In this document: piece after piece, positions 28,301-34,751 of the stretch | Position numbering within the stretch: the first letter of the stretch is position 1 | How the letters are laid out: each line of letters opens with the position of its first letter | From: a virus | Lineage: Duplodnaviria > Caudoviricetes | IMG/VR virus record: IMGVR_UViG_3300010361_000008 | Location: 1 to 34,751 of that record | Strand: one strand, 5' to 3' | Length of the DNA: 34,751 nt | Notes under the pieces: model-generated | Databases searched by the model: none | Told to the model about the DNA's origin: nothing | What the model saw: only the letters and a program-made list of their open reading frames with translations | Made by a program: the position numbers and the translations under genes

Positions 28301-28998
28301 ACCAGATCAGGCCGCAGCTTCGCGATCTGTTCGACAAGGCGCAGAAGATCTTCGCGAGGCACATCAATACGACGGCGAATCTTCTGCCCGACACCAAAAA
28401 GCTTCTCGAGCTCTACCGGCAGGGAAAAGCCGGCGCGGACTGGTATCGCGACACCATGTCGGAACTGAAAAAGATCTTCGGACCCGACGCGACCATGATG
28501 GTCGACTTCCTGGCGGCGACCAGTCCGAACTCGACGGTCAAGGCGAACGTCGCGCTCGCTCTCAAGGCATACACGCAGTGGAAACTCGGCCAGCCGTTTA
28601 AAGGCTTTTTAGGCGACGTCATCACCAATCTCGACAATGCCGCTGCCGGGCGCCAGTTCGGCGAGTTGAAAGTCTCGAGCTTCCGCAAGAACCTCTACGG
28701 CGACCCGGTCCCGGTGACGGTGGACCGCTGGATCGCGAGAGCCATGGGATTCCGCAAGGGCGTCACCGAAGGCCAGTACAAGTTCATGGACTACATGCTC
28801 ACCCAGATCGCCAACAAGAACGGCATGGAGCCGCGGCAGCTTCAGGCCGCGATCTGGAAGGCCATCAAAGACACCGAAGGTCTACCGGGACAGGGTGGCG
28901 AGAATTTCGAAACGCTGGTGAAGCAGAAGCTCGCGCGGGATCCGAAGATGGCCGGCGTGATCCACGACCTGACCGGCTACTCTTCGGCAGGCTTGTAG
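25399..28998 (+). CDS. Large multidomain ejection protein (gp16 position): lysozyme-like N-terminal domain, C-terminal HhH-GPD-like domain
   Basis: RRESSANY...ASGAYQFINSTW...AP..VQD..A; C-terminal DWY...AATSP...KVSSFRKNLYG...VTVDRWIAR...QAAIW. Confidence 0.78.
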   Translation: MPDVEVASFTPAGGSIDVAPPVPPAAPVPATSTPISAFFNPSPQESALLAEIRRRESSANYAALPPKPTSDNPHPTASGAYQFINSTWRDTSDATGVPQYATARQAPRWVQDVNALHLLRKYGANSSASWQASGPYDVSAITASANPPLAIGSASRSAAPTDALAGAPAGADGQDLLSRLAGGEDIDVTPQMIAQIINARPQALQPGPVAPQPAAPIAVANFQPAPAAPPAGPQPSALSRFGTAFGQSSGLEGIENLIGGGTRAALGRFVGNPDYDAERQFVSAGKGLLMGLAHEPGRISGEVQKGFDALSQGDINGFANSLYYAVPFFGGAIRNMADAYNSGDYAGALGHLTGIGTSILAGSPEARGATVAKLGEAAEAVSHAGPAVRGGVSGAFEAATKTLPLKKFGLDIPVPQPIITGAEGALAAHFAGVPKPVGAAVGAAAPVVIGAVRGARQALAERAAAEAVPEAAALTPEVIPVSRQLPAATSIITPPPEDTSFVRAVPAQYPEVEPRPGETLTGPLQGVTWDPTRRAWVWRPAAEPAAPAEIVPSAAAAPEPTLTPRDLVQEETGRPPSRQTQAQQAAAAETLAQTPAPEPAAAPQAPEAPAAVPEIPPQPAAPQAPARRPDAEIAAQLEATTRPDRMADFLVRNFDVTPADIDKLDPHDWQLVAQGAGSPAGTAPTPEDIAQVRTNVEAQNRMPATPAEAVSQFEAKRGMGRAQAPVPEGTSGGGTPEAAPTAAPTPASSVTAPPPAAVSPAEELARMMPEHAAAPQEAGARGPTASEARIETLAQQLAKGDIPTEHLATITTNPEAQLWLEELARSQGLARPAPGELPQILDRVQQLRGGGLSATAPAGAAPGPPGPSGAAAEAVEPVAAQQVAESADAARSSGLERVSDTLGKAADDAMDRMRKRGTFNGTRLNAGVPVEDMADMAIWGAAKLAKGVTDFTKWSKEMLADAGPAAADQIRPQLRDLFDKAQKIFARHINTTANLLPDTKKLLELYRQGKAGADWYRDTMSELKKIFGPDATMMVDFLAATSPNSTVKANVALALKAYTQWKLGQPFKGFLGDVITNLDNAAAGRQFGELKVSSFRKNLYGDPVPVTVDRWIARAMGFRKGVTEGQYKFMDYMLTQIANKNGMEPRQLQAAIWKAIKDTEGLPGQGGENFETLVKQKLARDPKMAGVIHDLTGYSSAGL

Positions 28999-29138
28999 TC
29001 GATGTCTTCCCAGAACCGCTCGGCGAGACGCTCGTTCTCGGCAACGAGCTCGGGATCGTCGCAATTGTCGAGCGGCATCCCGCTCATAGCCTCGAGCAGG
29101 TGGTCGACCTCGTCATGCGTGAGATTCGGACGTGCCAT
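28977..29138 (-). CDS. 53-aa acidic protein convergent with the ejection protein
   Basis: Minus strand TACAAT-GGAAGG-CT-ATG; MARPNLTHDEVDHLLEAMSGMPLDNCDDPELVAENERLAERFWEDIDYKPAEE. Confidence 0.7.
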   Translation of the reverse strand: MARPNLTHDEVDHLLEAMSGMPLDNCDDPELVAENERLAERFWEDIDYKPAEE

Positions 29139-29170
29139 AGCCTTCCATTGTAACCGTTCGGAGAGACCAC

Positions 29171-30490
29171 ATGCCTTACGTCGCATTTGCGCCTAACCGC
29201 ATCGTGACCGGCACGGAACTGTACGCGACGGTCAACGGAAACGCGGACGGACTGCCGGCCGCGGAAGCCTACTGCACGTATCTTCTAGACGCCGCGATCC
29301 TCGATTTCACCGAAGCGGCCGTAGAGAACTGCATCTTCGAGATCAGTTATCAGAGAGGGACACACTTCGGCTATCCGGGGATCGGCGGCAAACCTTGGGT
29401 TCCCTACACTCCGCTGTTCGTGCATCTCGATCTTCCCGCAGCCGATCTTGATCCGGGCGATTATACGTTCCGGTTCACGCTGGCGACGACTGTGAATACC
29501 GCGGCCAGTTTCGACGAAGCGTACACACAGACCATCGACCTTCCGGTATTCGTCTCGCAGCGTCCGCTCCCGGTCTGGTACTCGAATCCCGAAATTCCAG
29601 GCGTGGCGCCCTGGGAAGAGCACATGATCCAGCTCGCCGACAAATGGGAGCCGATCATTCTGGACCGCGGCAACACGCAAGGCGAGACGAACTGGTACTA
29701 CGACGTTGCGAGCACTTACTGGCAGGTCGGCGATTACATCCACAGGTCGAACCGGTATGCCTACGTCGCGCTCGAGTCGGCGCGGCGTTACGAGGAGTAT
29801 CTGCTCGCGGCGCAGAGCCAGGGAGGGCCGGCCGCATACAAGCTCTTTCCGCGGGGATTGCGCCAGACATACGAGCGCACGCAGGACACCCGCTGGCTCG
29901 ACGCGCTCAAGCTCACTCAAACCGGAGCCTACGTGTCTTCGGCCGGCGACACCGATCCCGCTCTGATGCGCGAGACGGCGTATGCGACCGACGTCTGGCG
30001 CGAGCTCGAATACGTGAACGAGGGAGACGGCAACCTGCTCAATCACGGCGTTGCTTTTCTTCTGGGGCAGTTCAATCTCTTGTGCGTCCAGAAGTTCGGC
30101 CGCGACAGCGGCATGGTGTGCGAGCCGTTCTTCTTCGGCCTGGCGATGCAGACGCTCATCGACTGCTACGACATGGACCCTGACGACCGCATCCCGCAGG
30201 CGATCGCGGCGACGTGCGAGTGGCTGTGGCAGAATGCCGTCGACGCCCAGACCGGGCGCGTCGAATACGACGCCTGGCACAACGAGGAAACGACGTACAC
30301 GTCTCTCAACGGCTTGATGCTCAATGCGTGGGGCTTCCTGTACAAGCTCACAGGCGACTCGGTCTACCGCCGGCAGGGTGATGTCCTGTTCGCGCACATC
30401 TTCGACGACGACGAGTGGAGCTGGACGCCCAAGCAGTTCGCCCAGATCTACCGCCGCACCATCGATTATGTGACAAGGTGGAGAGCATGA
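29171..30490 (+). CDS. Protein with N-terminal beta domain and putative alpha/alpha-toroid glycosidase-like domain
   Basis: GGAG RBS; WYYDVA...RETAY...LIDCY...CEWLW...GFLYKLTGDSVYRRQGD helical-hairpin pattern. Confidence 0.6.
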   Translation: MPYVAFAPNRIVTGTELYATVNGNADGLPAAEAYCTYLLDAAILDFTEAAVENCIFEISYQRGTHFGYPGIGGKPWVPYTPLFVHLDLPAADLDPGDYTFRFTLATTVNTAASFDEAYTQTIDLPVFVSQRPLPVWYSNPEIPGVAPWEEHMIQLADKWEPIILDRGNTQGETNWYYDVASTYWQVGDYIHRSNRYAYVALESARRYEEYLLAAQSQGGPAAYKLFPRGLRQTYERTQDTRWLDALKLTQTGAYVSSAGDTDPALMRETAYATDVWRELEYVNEGDGNLLNHGVAFLLGQFNLLCVQKFGRDSGMVCEPFFFGLAMQTLIDCYDMDPDDRIPQAIAATCEWLWQNAVDAQTGRVEYDAWHNEETTYTSLNGLMLNAWGFLYKLTGDSVYRRQGDVLFAHIFDDDEWSWTPKQFAQIYRRTIDYVTRWRA

Positions 30491-31089
30491 CAAACAGCAT
30501 GCCTCTTTGCGCCCTATATGCCCGCGTCTCGACTGAGGATCAAAAGTGCGAGCTTCAGCTCGATGAGATGAAAGCGTACTGCGAACGGCGCGGATGGCCC
30601 ATATATGCCGAGTACGTTGATACCGGATGGTCTGGAGCCAAGAAGGACCGGCCGCAGCTCGCCAGGCTCATGCGGGACGCACGCAAGCACATGTTCGACT
30701 GCATCATCGTCTGGAAGATCGACCGTTTCGGCCGCTCCGTAGCCAACTTTGTTGAACACCTTCAGGATTTGGAAGCGTGGGGAGTCAGGTTTATGTGTAT
30801 AACACAGGCCGTTGACACGGACCAACAGAATCCGGCCTCAAAGCTCCTCATGACGATCATGGTCGCATTCGCTGAATTCGAGCGTGCCATGATCGTCGAG
30901 CGCGTCAAGGCCGGCATGGCCGCGGCCAAGCGCCGCGGCGTGCACTGCGGGCGCAAGGCGCTCGTCTGCGATCGCAATAAGGTTCTGGAACTGCATCTGC
31001 GCGGCAAATCCATTCGTGCGATCTCTGCGGCCCTGAAGCTCAATCGCGACAAGGTCCACAAGATCGTCAGAGCCGCAATCGCGGCCTGA
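30487..31089 (+). CDS. Small serine recombinase (resolvase/invertase) with C-terminal HTH
   Basis: LYARVSTEDQ, DTGWSG...RPQL, KIDRFGRS, FAEFERAMIVERVKAG, GKSIRAISAALKL; about 200 aa. Confidence 0.95.
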   Translation: MTNSMPLCALYARVSTEDQKCELQLDEMKAYCERRGWPIYAEYVDTGWSGAKKDRPQLARLMRDARKHMFDCIIVWKIDRFGRSVANFVEHLQDLEAWGVRFMCITQAVDTDQQNPASKLLMTIMVAFAEFERAMIVERVKAGMAAAKRRGVHCGRKALVCDRNKVLELHLRGKSIRAISAALKLNRDKVHKIVRAAIAA

Positions 31090-31100
31090 CGCCGTAAACT

Positions 31101-31305
31101 CCTGTCAGAAAATGCATCTCAAAGAGGGACGGCTAACTGATTGATTCTACGTTCAAACGCTTCTCGCGGCAGGGCCGTCAGAGAACTACAACCATCTCGG
31201 ACGAACTGGTAAATGCGGGAAATAAAGATACTTGCGAGAGCGAGCAAAGCCCGAACGATGTCCAAAAGCACCCTTTTTCCGACACTTTTGGCCTTGTCTG
31301 ACAGG
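31101..31305. promoter_or_regulatory. res-like site: repeated TGTC half-sites and an IHF consensus
   Basis: TGTCAGAAAA 31103; TAACTGATTGATT 31134-31146 fits YAANNNNTTGATW; TGTCCAAAAG...TTTTCCGACA 31259-31284; CCTGTCAGA 31101 / TCTGACAGG 31297 inverted. Confidence 0.6.
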
Positions 31306-31308
31306 CGT

Positions 31309-31572
31309 TCAATTCGGATTAACGCTTTTAGATTGAGGCGGTTGAGGCCGTAATTTGTGCATCAGATCGAGCGTCCAGGCGCGCATCCGCTCGCGTTGCT
31401 CCTGCATGTGACGGATCAACCTGAGCCAGACCGCGACATTCGCGATCCAGACAACGGTCGCGAAGGCGTTCGCCCACTCGCGCCGGTAGACCATGGCCGC
31501 GGCGAGGATGACGTCGCCTGCCATCAGGCCGTAAGCGAGTACGCGTGTCCGTTCCAGGCTGTTCCACTTCAT
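31309..31572 (-). CDS. Two-TM membrane protein
   Basis: Two hydrophobic segments; ATGA overlap. Confidence 0.7.
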   Translation of the reverse strand: MKWNSLERTRVLAYGLMAGDVILAAAMVYRREWANAFATVVWIANVAVWLRLIRHMQEQRERMRAWTLDLMHKLRPQPPQSKSVNPN

Positions 31573-31817
31573 AACGGCTTCCTGAACTCGACCGGACAGA
31601 TCATCCGCGAAGTATCTGTCCCGAACCTGGTGAACCTCTGAAGCGGGTCGGCCTCATCGATCCATTCGATCTCAATCATCCATCGCTCGTAGCGCATGAG
31701 CAATTCCGCATGTTGTTGAGCGATCGGATCGATGTCTCCTAGCTTTCCTTCGTTTTCAATTTCGACGGGCCCCAGCACCAGCCGTCCGTCACCGTATCCT
31801 CGGATGACGATTCTCGT
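31569..31817 (-). CDS. Hypothetical protein; probable original start ATG now ACG at 31817
   Basis: Frame stays open upstream of the annotated GTG 31778: (T)RIVIRGYGDGRLVLGPVEIE. Confidence 0.55.
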   Translation of the reverse strand, partial: TRIVIRGYGDGRLVLGPVEIENEGKLGDIDPIAQQHAELLMRYERWMIEIEWIDEADPLQRFTRFGTDTSRMICPVEFRKPL

Positions 31818-32098
31818 AGTGGATCCATGCCCAATGCTGTTGCGATCTCGACGCAGTAGTCAATATGTGCGTGCGTTTCAATCGTGGCAACATTGGCACG
31901 CAGCAGCTTCAGCTCATCATTCTCGCCCCATACCGGACTGTTCACCCATTGGCGCAAGTATGCCTTGATTAAGCCCAATTGCCGGCGGTCCAGCTTCTCA
32001 CCGTTGATATACGCCGTAACCGCCGACCGTAGCTTGCCGCCGATTTCATACATCCAGTACTTGGGCGCGTCAGGATGATCAGGCGGCAACAGGATCAT
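31739..32098 (-). CDS. Hypothetical protein, possibly read-through extended
   Basis: ATGA overlap; PKYWMYE..G.L..AV.AY. Confidence 0.75.
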   Translation of the reverse strand: MILLPPDHPDAPKYWMYEIGGKLRSAVTAYINGEKLDRRQLGLIKAYLRQWVNSPVWGENDELKLLRANVATIETHAHIDYCVEIATALGMDPLRESSSEDTVTDGWCWGPSKLKTKES

Positions 32099-32325
32099 TG
32101 CTCATCCGTTTCGTGGTAGATCATTTTGGCGATCGGATACTCGAACGGAATTCGTTGACCAGGGTCATTCTCCCGGTCGCACAATAAGCAATCCAGAGCG
32201 TAGACCCAATCGCAATGCTGGCGCCATTTTTGAGCGTCCTGGTCCTTGGCGGCTTGACGCATGTTTTCTTCCCAGCCGGCCCGCATTTTCTCGGCACGAG
32301 CCTTCAGTGACTCAGGGCGTTTCAT
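32095..32325 (-). CDS. Hypothetical protein
   Basis: ATGA overlaps on both sides. Confidence 0.7.
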   Translation of the reverse strand: MKRPESLKARAEKMRAGWEENMRQAAKDQDAQKWRQHCDWVYALDCLLCDRENDPGQRIPFEYPIAKMIYHETDEQ

Positions 32326-32612
32326 TGTCCGCTCTTCCCGTCGGTACGGCCCTGAATGATGGCATTGATCAGCTCCTGGATCAGAGCGGCGTTTTTCGTC
32401 ATCATTACCTCTGTCTCGGCGTGCTGCAACGCGATCCGGTCCAGGGTTGCGGTAATCCGGTCCAGCCTTTCATCGATGCGGCTGATATTGGCTGATGCCC
32501 CTTCCATGGATCGATCATGCGCGTCGATGTGCGCCTGGTCGATCTGCTGCATCTCGCGGACGTGCGCCAGCTCGCGTTCCAGGCGGCGGATTGTGAATTC
32601 GTAGTCGATCAT
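32322..32612 (-). CDS. Coiled-coil protein
   Basis: Heptad pattern (RIDERLDRITATLDRIA); ATGA overlap. Confidence 0.75.
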   Translation of the reverse strand: MIDYEFTIRRLERELAHVREMQQIDQAHIDAHDRSMEGASANISRIDERLDRITATLDRIALQHAETEVMMTKNAALIQELINAIIQGRTDGKSGQ

Positions 32613-32809
32613 TTCTTCTTCCCCCATCTGGCCGCAGCCGCGGCCTTGGCGATCGCCTTGCGCTTTGCCGGCGAGAGCTTCTTAGCGCGAGCTGCGCCGC
32701 CGACTGAGGCGCCGGTAAGCGCGACTCGGCGCCGGTCCTCTGGCGTCATCTTGATCATTCGGCGCTTGGCGAGCGCAACCGCCGCGGCGTTCTTGCGTTT
32801 AGCGCGCAT
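32609..32809 (-). CDS. Small highly basic protein (KNAAAVAL...GGAARAKKLSP..RK.IAK.AA.ARW), putative nucleic-acid binder
   Basis: GGAGG RBS; two internal [MT/LS]P..R..[VI]A repeats. Confidence 0.8.
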   Translation of the reverse strand: MRAKRKNAAAVALAKRRMIKMTPEDRRRVALTGASVGGAARAKKLSPAKRKAIAKAAAAARWGKKK

Positions 32810-32963
32810 GGCGGTCCTCCAGCACGGCCACCCGCGCCGCCAGCTCCCCGACTTGCTTGATTACACCGTCCACGCGACCACCTAGGTAGATAAATAAACC
32901 TCCGTTCAGGAGGATGCCGACCAGCGGGATGGCGCATAGGACGTAGAACTGGGTTTCACTCAT
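32799..32963 (-). CDS. 54-aa single-TM plus short coiled-coil protein MSETQFYVLCAIPLVGILLNGGLFIYLGGRVDGVIKQVGELAARVAVLEDRHAR (not in ORF track)
   Basis: TATACT-TGAGGCG-ATG upstream; overlaps next gene. Confidence 0.75.
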   Translation of the reverse strand: MSETQFYVLCAIPLVGILLNGGLFIYLGGRVDGVIKQVGELAARVAVLEDRHAR

Positions 32964-32970
32964 CGCCTCA

Positions 32971-33053
32971 AGTATAGCTTACCTATCGATTGGCAACAAT
33001 GGGGTGAAATACAAAGCTTTTTGCTTGCTTGCCTAGCGATAAGAATGCATACT
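32971..33053. promoter_or_regulatory. Divergent sigma70-like promoter pair with related spacer motifs
   Basis: Left TTGTTG-17-TATACT (32999-32971); right TTGCTT-17-CATACT (33025-33053); GCTTACCTATCGAT 32977 vs GCTTGCCTAGCGAT 33027. Confidence 0.65.
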
Positions 33054-33101
33054 GAAAGAGTAGTTCAGCCGCGAGGCTTTAAAGCGCGAAAGGATTTAAA
33101 C

Positions 33102-33413
33102 ATGTACTTCGTAGTCGAGTATCAAGGCCAACGCAAAACGGTCAAGGCGAAGCCCGCCGCGACCCTCACTGAAGTAAATCACCTCGCATTCGGTTTCGAC
33201 GAGCTGGGCGACATCCGCGCCAAGGATGTCCTCGTTATCGGCTCGACGAAGCTCCGTGACGTTGCGGCCGGCATGATGTGCAAAGTCTGGCCCGCTCAGA
33301 ACCAATTCACCATCTGCATCAACTGCAAGTCCAAAGCTGCCCGCTGGGATTCCCTCTATTGCAGCGACCGCTGCAAGCAGGCGTTTCTCCATTTCCCCAC
33401 GGAGGCCCGCTAA
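33102..33413 (+). CDS. Hypothetical protein with CxxC...YCSDRCK zinc motif
   Basis: AAGGA RBS and ATG 33102. Confidence 0.75.
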   Translation: MYFVVEYQGQRKTVKAKPAATLTEVNHLAFGFDELGDIRAKDVLVIGSTKLRDVAAGMMCKVWPAQNQFTICINCKSKAARWDSLYCSDRCKQAFLHFPTEAR

Positions 33414-33562
33414 TGCTCTCCGGACTCTTCACCGAAGGCCGCGGCCGCGTCTGCGACAACTGCGGCGAGCGCTCGACCGACACTGCCTACTGCGCGACGT
33501 GCGACATGCACGTCTGCGACGGCTGCGATCACACTTGCATTCCCCAGGAGGAACTCAACTAA
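33413..33562 (+). CDS. 49-aa Cys-rich zinc-finger-like protein
   Basis: GGAGG RBS, TAATG overlap; CDNC...CATC...CDGCDH.C. Confidence 0.7.
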   Translation: MLSGLFTEGRGRVCDNCGERSTDTAYCATCDMHVCDGCDHTCIPQEELN

Positions 33563-34134
33563 TGGCAATCATCCGCTTCTCAACTAACATCGCCCAGGCT
33601 CTGCACATGCGGAGCCTGGAAGGAAAGCCGGTCGAATCGCAGTTCGGCGGCATGCAGCACATGTTCACCGCGGCCGAAGGCACGTTCTACGTGTCCGATA
33701 AAGTCGGCGGGATTCTCGCCGATCAGTTCCGCGCTTTAGGCGTCAAGGCCGGCGATCCGGTCGAGATCACCAAGGCCCAGACCGGCTCCGGACCGTCCCA
33801 GCGCACGCAGTGGCAGGTTGCGGTCACCGTCCACTCGATCGAGGAACCCGCTCCTGCGCCGCCGAGTGAGCTGGAGACGCAGCTCGCCGCCTCGATCAAG
33901 CTCGTAGAGGCCCGCAAGGCCGCTGCTCGCGCAACGACCGCTCAACCAGCCGAACAGCCGGCCTGGGCCGCTTACCTCGTCCAGCAGTCCAATGCTCTGA
34001 TCGACGCCTATGCCGCCGTCCTCAGGCATTCCACGCGACATGAAGGCTTGATCAAGACGGAAGACGTCCGCTCGATATTTCTCAGCGCCTTTATCAATGT
34101 GTCGAAGTCTTCAGGAGGACGCAATGCGGCTTAA
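33562..34134 (+). CDS. Hypothetical protein, N-terminal beta-rich (OB-fold-like?) domain
   Basis: AGGAGG RBS, TAATG overlap; paralogous to 34302..34613. Confidence 0.75.
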   Translation: MAIIRFSTNIAQALHMRSLEGKPVESQFGGMQHMFTAAEGTFYVSDKVGGILADQFRALGVKAGDPVEITKAQTGSGPSQRTQWQVAVTVHSIEEPAPAPPSELETQLAASIKLVEARKAAARATTAQPAEQPAWAAYLVQQSNALIDAYAAVLRHSTRHEGLIKTEDVRSIFLSAFINVSKSSGGRNAA

Positions 34135-34312
34135 AAAGCTCTGGACAGCCGTTCGCTGGATCGCTATCGCGTTTATCGCTTGCAAGATGGTCAGCGAAGC
34201 TCCTAAGTGGATTTTGGACCTCGTCGCTATTTGTATTCTTTGGCCTGTTCCCGATTGGATCAAACGCCGGAATGACGAGAGCGACAAAGGAGGTTCGCGC
34301 AATGTGGCCTAA
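34124..34312 (+). CDS. Small membrane protein
   Basis: AGGAGG RBS; two hydrophobic stretches. Confidence 0.65.
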   Translation: MRLKKLWTAVRWIAIAFIACKMVSEAPKWILDLVAICILWPVPDWIKRRNDESDKGGSRNVA

Positions 34313-34613
34313 GATCGAATTCGAGGTGGACGAGCCAACGCTCGTCCATCTCCGTTTTACGGCCGGGAAGCTGATCGTTTCCCGGTGGTACGACCGCTGG
34401 CCCGGTGACACGGTTCAGTACATGTTCTGCGCGGACGAGGGGATGTTTTACCTGACCGATACCGCGGGCGCTCTGCTGAACGCTCGCCTGAAGTCTCGCG
34501 GTTACGTCGCCGGATCGCCGATCATCATCACCAAGCGCAGAGTGGCGAATCCGAACAGCGATCGGCCGATCACAGAGTACGTTCCGTTCCGCGTTGGGGA
34601 GTTCGAAGAATAA
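34302..34613 (+). CDS. Paralogue of the N-terminal domain of 33562..34134
   Basis: AGGAGG RBS; Q.MF.A.EG.FY..D..G..L...G..AG.P..ITK shared. Confidence 0.75.
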   Translation: MWPKIEFEVDEPTLVHLRFTAGKLIVSRWYDRWPGDTVQYMFCADEGMFYLTDTAGALLNARLKSRGYVAGSPIIITKRRVANPNSDRPITEYVPFRVGEFEE

Positions 34614-34628
34614 GGAGATTTTATGAAA

Positions 34629-34751
34629 CGCATTTATCTGTTTGTGATTGTTACTGTGTCGCTAGCGTTGGCACTCTCTGCTGCTGAGAATTCGCGGTGG
34701 CTGCAATTTACCAAGACCAACGACGGCAGGACTGTCTATATCGACAGCGAG
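34629..34751. repeat. Terminal direct repeat, right copy
   Basis: Identical to 1-123. Confidence 0.97.

Noticed and set aside
1-34751. CRISPR array, tRNA or rRNA genes
   Set aside because: No regularly spaced repeats or cloverleaf/rRNA signatures seen by eye; tRNAscan-SE not run
34629-34751. Biological terminal repeat of the virion DNA
   Set aside because: It falls mid-gene, far from terS; an assembly overlap of a circularly permuted genome is simpler

Overview
This window looks like a complete, circularly assembled temperate podovirus genome. Bases 1-123 repeat exactly at 34629-34751, giving a unit length of 34628 bp. The late operon (about 6.0-31.1 kb, + strand) follows P22 gene order: TerS, TerL, portal, scaffold, coat, gp4-like adaptor (two paralogues flanking a tailspike), gp10-like tail hub, tail fibre with a C-terminal autocleaving chaperone, gp14-like GNAT protein and three ejection proteins. 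It ends with an alpha/alpha-barrel-like protein and a small serine resolvase with a res-like site. The rest holds a Cre-like tyrosine recombinase, a leftward replication operon with an iteron-bearing initiator, and a divergent early region with no recognisable cI/Cro. No canonical holin or endolysin is visible. Small-protein style suggests an Acidobacteriota host (inference only). The most notable observations are: (1) a 1199-aa ejection protein with an N-terminal lysozyme-like domain and a C-terminal HhH-GPD glycosylase-like domain, paired with a convergent, separately promoted acidic 53-aa gene (candidate injected effector plus immunity); (2) a 265-bp non-autonomous IS200/IS605 (TnpB omegaRNA-like) element between the RBS and ATG of the tailspike gene; (3) duplicated adaptors; (4) small antisense genes with their own -10 boxes; (5) a switch region lacking an HTH repressor. 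All protein assignments come from visual motif recognition and synteny, not database searches.
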